A stretch of DNA of 64,000 nucleotides from an uncultured delta proteobacterium (GTDB taxonomy: Bacteria > Myxococcota_A > Polyangia > Palsa-1104). Shown here in pieces: positions 57,491-64,000 of this stretch; position 1 is the stretch's first letter, and the number at the start of each line of letters is the position of its first letter. Both the position numbers and the translations under genes were made by a program. The notes beneath the pieces are model-generated. The model was not told the origin of the DNA. It worked only from the letters and a program-made list of their open reading frames with translations, and did not search any database. The stretch lies in contig CAWAWS010000039.1 of the NCBI GenBank assembly GCA_963785725.1, positions 640,001-704,000 of the forward strand. The letters run 5' to 3'.

Positions 57491-58312
57491 ATGAGCGAAA
57501 CGATCGGATTCCTCGGCCTCGGTCGGCTCGGCCTGCCGATGGCCGCCAACCTCATGAGCGCCGGCCACTCGCTGGTCGTGCACAATCGAACGGCGAGCAA
57601 GGCCGATGCGCTCGTGGCGCGCGGCGCGCGGCTGGCGGCGCGACCGGTCGACGTCGTCACGCGCGGCGGCGTCGTCGTGTCGGTCTTGTGGGACGGCGCC
57701 GCGGTCGAAGAGATCGTCACGCGCGACGGTTTCCTCGAGACCTTGGGCGACGGCATTCACGTCGTCATGGGCACGATCTCGCCCGCGAGCGCCAAGCAGC
57801 TGGCCGCGCTGCACGCCAAACACGGCAGCGCCTACGTCGAGGCGCCGATCTTCGGTCGTCCCGAAGCGGCCGCGGCGCGCAAGCTGTGGATTCCGATCGC
57901 CGGCGCCAAGGCCGCCAAAGCGCGCGTGCGTCCGCTCATCGAAGCGATGGGCGCGCAAGGCATCTTCGACTTCGGCGAGGACGTCGGCGCGGCCACGATC
58001 GTCAAGCTGGTCGGCAATTTCCTGATCATCTCGGCGGTGCGCTCGCTCGGTGAAGGCTTGGCGCTGGCGGAGCAGAACGGCGTCGACGTGCAAGCGGTGG
58101 TCGACATGCTGACGCAATCGCTGTTCCCGGCGCCGATCTATCAGAGCTACGGCAAGATGATCGCCGATAAGACCGCGGCCAGCTTCAGTCAAAGCCCGAT
58201 TCCACTTAAAGACTTGGGGCTATTCGAGACGACTGCGCGCGACGTTCATTCGCCCACGCCGATTGCCCATCATTTACTGGAGCTGCTACGCGCGAATATT
58301 CCGCAGCGATAG
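57491..58312 (+). CDS. NAD(P)-dependent beta-hydroxyacid dehydrogenase family oxidoreductase
   Basis: IGFLGLGRLGLPMAANL, HNRT, YVEAPIFGRP, VKLVGN, LKDL. Confidence 0.9.
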   Translation: MSETIGFLGLGRLGLPMAANLMSAGHSLVVHNRTASKADALVARGARLAARPVDVVTRGGVVVSVLWDGAAVEEIVTRDGFLETLGDGIHVVMGTISPASAKQLAALHAKHGSAYVEAPIFGRPEAAAARKLWIPIAGAKAAKARVRPLIEAMGAQGIFDFGEDVGAATIVKLVGNFLIISAVRSLGEGLALAEQNGVDVQAVVDMLTQSLFPAPIYQSYGKMIADKTAASFSQSPIPLKDLGLFETTARDVHSPTPIAHHLLELLRANIPQR

Positions 58313-58322
58313 CGTATGGCCG

Positions 58323-60200
58323 TCACTTTAATTCCACCGCGCCCACCGCCGCTGAGTCTTGAATACGCGTGCGAAACTGCGTCTCGTATAGGCGCGCATA
58401 CAGGCCGGCATTGGCGATCAATTGATCGTGCGGTCCGACCTCGACGACGCGTCCATGATTCATGACGGCAATGCGATCGCTGCCGAGCACGGTCGACAAG
58501 CGATGCGCAATGACGATGCTGGTGCGCCCTTTCATGAGGTGCGCCAATGAATCCTGAATGAGCGCCTCCGATTCGCTGTCGAGCGCGCTCGTCGCCTCGT
58601 CGAGGATGAGAATGCGCGGATCGGCCAAGAACGCGCGCGCGATGGCGATGCGCTGCTTCTGCCCGCCCGACAGCCGCGAGCCGCGCTCGCCCAGCAGCGA
58701 CGCGTAGCCATGCGGCAGCGCCGAGATGAACTCGTGCGCGTGCGCCGCTTCGGCGGCGGCGCGCACGTCGGCGTCGCTGGCGTCCGGCCGCCCATAACGA
58801 ATATTGTCGGCGGCGCTGCCGGAAAACAGCAGCGTCTCCTGCGAGACCATGCCGACGTGCGCGCGCAAATGACGAATCGAGAGCGTCCGCAAGTCGCGGC
58901 CGTCGAGCAGCACGCGGCCGCCTTGCGGATCGTAAAAACGCGGCACCAGCTGAATCAGGCTCGACTTGCCCGCGCCCGACGGACCGACGAGCGCGATCAC
59001 TTCACCGGGACGAATCGACAGCTCCAAGTCGTGCAATACCGGGCGACCCGCGTGATAACCGAACGTCACTTTGTCGAAATGCAGCGCGCCTTCGACCGGC
59101 TCGGGCCTGATCGCGTTCCGCTGCTCTTTGACATCGGGCTCGGTGTCGAGAAACTCGAATACGCGCTCGATCGCGGCAATCGAGTTATGTAATACCGAGT
59201 TGAGCTCGCTGATGCGATTCACCGGGAAATAGAGCTCGCGCAAGAGCAAGATGAAGGCGATGACGGTGCCCATGCTGGTCTCGCCGTGCACGAGTCGATA
59301 AGAGCCGTACCAAATGACGCCCAACGTCGCCATTTGGGTCAGCCATTGCACGATGCTCTGCGACAAGGCGCTGACGCGGACATTGGCCATCGTCAGATCG
59401 AACAGGCGGCGCGCGCTCTTGAAGAAGCTGTGCACTTCGCGCTTTTCGGCGCGGAAGATCTTGACGACGTGAATGTTGGCGACGCGCTCTTGCACTTCGC
59501 CGGAGAAGAGCTCGGTCGCCTCTTGCACGTCGCGCGATGTCTGCGTCGTCTGCGCGCCGAAGCCGCGCATCGCCAACACGTAAAAGGGAAAGACGATCAT
59601 CGACGCCGCCGCCAAGCGCGCGTCCATCGCGAACAGGACGTAGACGTAGAAAATACACGTCACCAAGTCCATCCAGATATTCGTCATCGCGTTGCCGACG
59701 AAGTTCTGCGCGAGCGCGACGTCGGCCATCAGCCGCGAGACAATCGCGCCCGATTGATGCGTCTGAAAGAACGAATGGCTCAGCCGATTGAGGTGCGCAT
59801 AGAGATCGGTGCGCAGGTCGAGGATCGTGCGATGGCCGGCGAGGTTGGCGAGATAGCTGCGATAGTAGAGCGTCACCGCCCAAATGGCGTAGATGACGAG
59901 CAGCGTGATGATGAGGATGTTGAACGAGCCCCACGCATTCTGCCAACCGCTTGGCAGGAACTGTGTGACCCAACGTAAATAGGCTTCGAAGGCGCGCACG
60001 ATGATGTCGTTCGACCCGACGTGGCTGGGCGCGCCCGCGGCCGGGCCGACCAGGCGATCGGTGATGAACTTGAGCGTGAGCGCCATGCTCGACGGCAAGA
60101 TGAACTTCGCCATGCCGCACAGCGTGGCCAGCCAAATCAGGCGCGTATAAGGTCGGACGTAGGCGAGAAAGCGAATCAGCGCGCGATTCGAGGAGCCCAT
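58323..60200 (-). CDS. ABC exporter, fused TMD-NBD (Sav1866/MsbA-like)
   Basis: TM domain, GPSGAGKS, LSGGQKQR, ILILDEATSALD, IAHRLST. Confidence 0.95.
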   Translation of the reverse strand: MGSSNRALIRFLAYVRPYTRLIWLATLCGMAKFILPSSMALTLKFITDRLVGPAAGAPSHVGSNDIIVRAFEAYLRWVTQFLPSGWQNAWGSFNILIITLLVIYAIWAVTLYYRSYLANLAGHRTILDLRTDLYAHLNRLSHSFFQTHQSGAIVSRLMADVALAQNFVGNAMTNIWMDLVTCIFYVYVLFAMDARLAAASMIVFPFYVLAMRGFGAQTTQTSRDVQEATELFSGEVQERVANIHVVKIFRAEKREVHSFFKSARRLFDLTMANVRVSALSQSIVQWLTQMATLGVIWYGSYRLVHGETSMGTVIAFILLLRELYFPVNRISELNSVLHNSIAAIERVFEFLDTEPDVKEQRNAIRPEPVEGALHFDKVTFGYHAGRPVLHDLELSIRPGEVIALVGPSGAGKSSLIQLVPRFYDPQGGRVLLDGRDLRTLSIRHLRAHVGMVSQETLLFSGSAADNIRYGRPDASDADVRAAAEAAHAHEFISALPHGYASLLGERGSRLSGGQKQRIAIARAFLADPRILILDEATSALDSESEALIQDSLAHLMKGRTSIVIAHRLSTVLGSDRIAVMNHGRVVEVGPHDQLIANAGLYARLYETQFRTRIQDSAAVGAVELK

Positions 60201-60353
60201 GCGGTCGTTTTCCCATCGGAACGACCCTCGGGCAACCCTATTACGGCTGTTTATCGGCGAATTGGCGCGGCGATGGATTGTGCGTCGTCACATATGTTTC
60301 CAACTCATCATATTTCGTATGAAATGAGCGGAAACCGATATCGTGCGAGCGGC

Positions 60354-60917
60354 TCAGTTCCAGTTTTCGGGTGCCTGCGGTAACGCTTTGACGTGGGCTT
60401 CGAACTCGACGCCGTTGACCTTGCCTTCGGCGCCTTCCGCATTCAGCTTGACGCCTTTGATGTCGAAGACCCAGCCTTCGGGCGCGATGGCTTTGACGCC
60501 GTACCATTCGCCTTTGGGGCCGATCGCTTTGATGGCGACGATATTGCCCGAGCGCTTGACGCCGCGAATGTCGAGGTGCTGCCCGTCGCTGCTGATGGCG
60601 TAGATCGGCAACAGCGTGCCGTCGTCGGCGATCGCCTTCAGCGACGGCAATTTGTCGCCGGCGGCGGCGACGAGCTTGACCGGAAGGCGCTTGCCGTCGA
60701 CGAGCGCCTTGACGTCCATCAAGTGCACGTCGCCGTTTTGAATGACCTTGACCGCGTAGATCTTGCCCTTTTTATCGATCGCTTTGACGTCGAGCAGCTT
60801 GCCTTCGGGGTGGATCGCCTTGACGTGCCAGATCTTCTCCTCAGCGCGTGCGGAGCTTAGGGAAAACAGCACGAACGAGGCGACACAGATTCGCAGCGTC
60901 ACGTGGACGAGGTTCAT
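60354..60917 (-). CDS. Hypothetical secreted protein with repeated VKAI beta-motifs
   Basis: Signal peptide, many [VI]K[AG][IV] repeats, AAGGAG RBS. Confidence 0.8.
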   Translation of the reverse strand: MNLVHVTLRICVASFVLFSLSSARAEEKIWHVKAIHPEGKLLDVKAIDKKGKIYAVKVIQNGDVHLMDVKALVDGKRLPVKLVAAAGDKLPSLKAIADDGTLLPIYAISSDGQHLDIRGVKRSGNIVAIKAIGPKGEWYGVKAIAPEGWVFDIKGVKLNAEGAEGKVNGVEFEAHVKALPQAPENWN

Positions 60918-61079
60918 CGTTCACTCCTTGGCGAGTTGGAAGGGCTGTCTTCGACCGATATCGGCCAATACGATATCGCAAAACGGCCGAGGTTGCTGAC
61001 GGGCGAAGGAATCGCGGGAGAAGCGGCGAATCGGGGCTATTTCGTCTGTCGGCGCCGCGAGGAGGGTCGTTATTGCGAG

Positions 61080-63506
61080 CTAGCGCTTATGTTGCAGCTC
61101 ATTGTCGACGACCTGCGCCAGCAGCGCCGGGTTCGACAGCTTGTGACCATTGACGAACAAGGTCGGCGTGCCGTCGACGAGCGGTAAGCCGGCGGCGACG
61201 TCGCGGTTGATGTCGTCGCTGAGCTTGCCGCCGTCGAGCGCGGCGTCGAACTTGGCCACATCGAGCCCGAGCGCGAGCGCGAAGCCGTCGATGGCCGCGC
61301 GATCGAGCGAGTCTTGATGCGCGAACAGCTGATCGTGCATTTGCCAGAAGCGGCCTTGCTCTTTGGCGGCCAACGCCGCGCTCGCCGCCAATTGCGCGTT
61401 CTTATGATAGGGCAGCGGGAAGTTGCGGAAGACGACGCGCACGTCATCCCCGTGCTGCCTTTGCACCTCCTCGACCAATGACGCCGCGCGCTTGCAATAC
61501 GGGCACTGAAAGTCGCTGAACTCGACGATGGTCACCGGCGCCTCACGTCGCCCGCGCGACGGCGCCGACGCGCCCGGATCGACGTCCTGCTTCTGCGCGT
61601 CGACGGCCGGCGGCTGCTTCACCTCGGGCAGCGCCGTCTTCATGAGCGCGTCATACAGCTGCGCGCGCGGCGTGCCCTTGGCGATACGCGCGTCGGCGGC
61701 CGCGATCGCCTGCGTCACCGCCGCGTCCAATTGCTCGACGGGAAGCGCGCCGCTGTAGAACTTCCCGTCGATGAAGAAGGCCGGCGTTCCGCTCACGCCG
61801 ATCTTCGCGCCCTGCGCCGCTTCGGCATTGGCCGCTTGTTTATAGGTGCCGCTGTCGAGCGCGGCGGCGAGCTTGCCGACGTCGAGCCCGACCGACTGCG
61901 CGAGTGTCAATAAGCCCGCGCGATCGAGCTGCGCTTGGTGGGCAAAGAGCGCCTTTTGCATCGGCCAAAAGCGTCCCTGTGCTTTCGCCGCCAAGCTGGC
62001 TTCGGCGGCGATGGGTCCGTGCGGATGATTCGCCAGCGGAAACTGCTTATAAACGACACGCAGATCATCGGGATGACGCTGCAACACGGTATCGATGGCG
62101 TCATTCAAGCGCGCACAATAAGGGCACTCGAAATCGGCCCATTCGACCAGCGTCACCTTGGGATTGGTCGCGCCGCGAACGGGCGCATCACCGATCGTCG
62201 CGCGATAGATCGCCGTTGGATCGGGCCGACCCGGTTGCGGACGCGCGGCCGTCTGCGTGCGTGCCAGATCGCGCTGCGCCGTCGTCGCCAAATCCGCCGG
62301 CCAATTGGCGACGCGCTGCCCGTCGACGAAGAACGTCGGCGTGCCGGCGACGCCGAGCTGCTTGGCCAACGCGATATCGGCGTCGACGCGGGCGCGAAAG
62401 GTTTGCTTATCGAGCGCCTGCTTGAACTGCGTTAGATTCAAATGCAATTCGGTCGCATAGCGTTCGAGGCTGCCGCGGTCGAGCGCCGTTTGATTGGAGA
62501 ACAGCTTGTCGTGCATGTCCCAGAAGTGACCTTGCGCGCCCGCCGCCAGCGCCGCCTCGGCGGCTTGCCGCGCGAACGGATGCATCTCGAGCGGCATATT
62601 CTTCCACACCAGCTGCACGTTATCCCCGAGCTGCTTTTGTAACGCCTGCACAGTCGGCTCGGCGCGGCCGCACGCCGGGCACTGAAAGTCGCTGAATTCG
62701 ACGACCGTGACCTTGGCGTCACGTTTGCCGCGCACCGGCGAATCGCCGACGGCGATCTCGACGCGCGGCTGCGGCGCCGGCGCCGGCGTTTGCGCCGATG
62801 GGCGCGCGTCTTTCGTCAACGCCGAGTAGAGGTCGCGCGCGTCGGCGCCGGCGGCGAGCGCGCGCTCGGCGTTGGCGAGCTCCTCGTCGACGATCGCGGA
62901 CAAGGCGGCGACCGTCATTTGCCCGCGAAAGGGCCGACCATTGATGAACAGCTTAGGCGTGCCATTGACGCCGAAGGTGCGCGCGTCGGCTTGGTCGCGG
63001 CGCACGAGCGCTTGCAGCGTCGGGTCGTCGAACGCCTTGGACAGATCGATGGCGAGCGCGGTCGCCGTCTTTTGCAGCCCGTCGCGACTGAGGCCGCGCG
63101 CGTCGGCGAACATGCGGTCGTGCATGGGCCAGAACTTGCCCTGCGCGGCGGCGGCGCGACCGGCGAGCGCCGCGCCGAGCGCGTCGCGATGTTGCGGCAG
63201 TGGAAAGTCTTTCCAGACGAGCCGTAAGTCGCGGCCATATTTGGCCTGCAGCTCGGTCAAGGTTGGCTCCAGTCGACTGCAGAATGGGCATTCGAAGTCG
63301 CTGAACTCGACAAGCGTCACTTTGGCGCGTTCATTGCCGCGAATGGGTGAGCCATTGATGGGAATGCGATAACGCTCTACGTCGATCGCAGGAGGTGCGA
63401 CGCCGGAGACCGCGTGAATGGACTGATGAAGCGTGAGCTGACGACCGATGGCGCCGCCGGCGATCAAGGCGATCGCGCAGCCTAATAAGGCGGTAAATTT
63501 GGACAT
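61080..63506 (-). CDS. DsbA-family thiol-disulfide oxidoreductase with four thioredoxin domains
   Basis: N-terminal TM; CPFC, CPAC, CPYC and CPYC, each followed by a GTP cis-Pro loop. Confidence 0.93.
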   Translation of the reverse strand: MSKFTALLGCAIALIAGGAIGRQLTLHQSIHAVSGVAPPAIDVERYRIPINGSPIRGNERAKVTLVEFSDFECPFCSRLEPTLTELQAKYGRDLRLVWKDFPLPQHRDALGAALAGRAAAAQGKFWPMHDRMFADARGLSRDGLQKTATALAIDLSKAFDDPTLQALVRRDQADARTFGVNGTPKLFINGRPFRGQMTVAALSAIVDEELANAERALAAGADARDLYSALTKDARPSAQTPAPAPQPRVEIAVGDSPVRGKRDAKVTVVEFSDFQCPACGRAEPTVQALQKQLGDNVQLVWKNMPLEMHPFARQAAEAALAAGAQGHFWDMHDKLFSNQTALDRGSLERYATELHLNLTQFKQALDKQTFRARVDADIALAKQLGVAGTPTFFVDGQRVANWPADLATTAQRDLARTQTAARPQPGRPDPTAIYRATIGDAPVRGATNPKVTLVEWADFECPYCARLNDAIDTVLQRHPDDLRVVYKQFPLANHPHGPIAAEASLAAKAQGRFWPMQKALFAHQAQLDRAGLLTLAQSVGLDVGKLAAALDSGTYKQAANAEAAQGAKIGVSGTPAFFIDGKFYSGALPVEQLDAAVTQAIAAADARIAKGTPRAQLYDALMKTALPEVKQPPAVDAQKQDVDPGASAPSRGRREAPVTIVEFSDFQCPYCKRAASLVEEVQRQHGDDVRVVFRNFPLPYHKNAQLAASAALAAKEQGRFWQMHDQLFAHQDSLDRAAIDGFALALGLDVAKFDAALDGGKLSDDINRDVAAGLPLVDGTPTLFVNGHKLSNPALLAQVVDNELQHKR

Positions 63507-63574
63507 AGGAATCCCCTATGGCGACCGCGAACGGCTCCTGCCGAACGCGATCGCGCGCATGACATACGGCTCCG

Positions 63575-64000
63575 TCACCGTCGTGGCGGAGTCGCGAAAT
63601 GGACAATTTGTCGTCGTGCGATTAAGCGCGCGGGGGACGATCGATGCGGCTGGTCGGGCGCGGCCGGCGGCGTCTGCGGCGCGGGCTGCGCGAGCGAGGC
63701 GACGGTAAACGTCGGAGCAAAGGCGAGCCGCGGCGGCCATAACAGCTGCGCGGCGTGCAGATCGGGCAAGAGCGGCTCAGGCGCGGCACTGAGCGCGCCG
63801 GCGGCGACCCGCTGGCCGCCATGACCGCGCGCCGCGCGCAACATCTCCGTGCGCGTGCGGCCGTGCATGATGATGCAGCAGCTGCCGCCTTCGTCGAAAC
63901 GGCTGGCGAGCGCGCTCCAGTCGATAGCCGAGTGGCTCGGCAGCGTCTCGGCGCTCGTCGTTGCGGGGGCTTCGCAGTCGACTTCCAGCGGCGTCATCGC
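63575..64000 (-). CDS. Partial hypothetical Pro-rich protein, 5' end outside the window, possible 3' frameshift
   Basis: High-GC3 frame open to the window edge. An alternative frame ends IDRPPRA-stop at 63622. Confidence 0.45.
   Translation of the reverse strand, partial: AMTPLEVDCEAPATTSAETLPSHSAIDWSALASRFDEGGSCCIIMHGRTRTEMLRAARGHGGQRVAAGALSAAPEPLLPDLHAAQLLWPPRLAFAPTFTVASLAQPAPQTPPAAPDQPHRSSPARLIARRQIVHFATPPRR

Overview
High-GC bacterial chromosomal window, most likely Myxococcota/Polyangia. The taxonomic guess rests on two Ser/Thr kinase-TM-TPR receptors, a MYXO-CTERM-like tail on an S53 protease, an MrpC-like Crp gene and a hybrid kinase. I count about 50 CDSs, mostly accessory oxidoreductases, regulators, secreted hydrolases and signalling proteins. 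I recognised no rRNA, tRNA, cas or transposase genes. Many long ORFs in the supplied track are GC-rich shadow frames or over-extended starts, so I re-picked starts by eye. The most unusual signal is an AT-rich palindrome, GTGATAG-N8-CTATCAC. It forms a 5-copy, CRISPR-spaced intergenic array (16265-16545) and also a 6-copy, 90-bp-period in-frame array inside a GRAM-like/SMI1-KNR4 fusion gene (23665-24142). Other notable items: a tandem repeat that makes an unbroken chain of ATGA-coupled mini-ORFs between cidA and lrgB; a complete coupled DUF4132-MoxR(YehL)-DUF5682-vWA-SWIM operon of unknown function; a four-domain DsbA; a probable MITE; and a TetR-type operator that recurs 13 kb away. All family calls come from motif recognition, not database searches.
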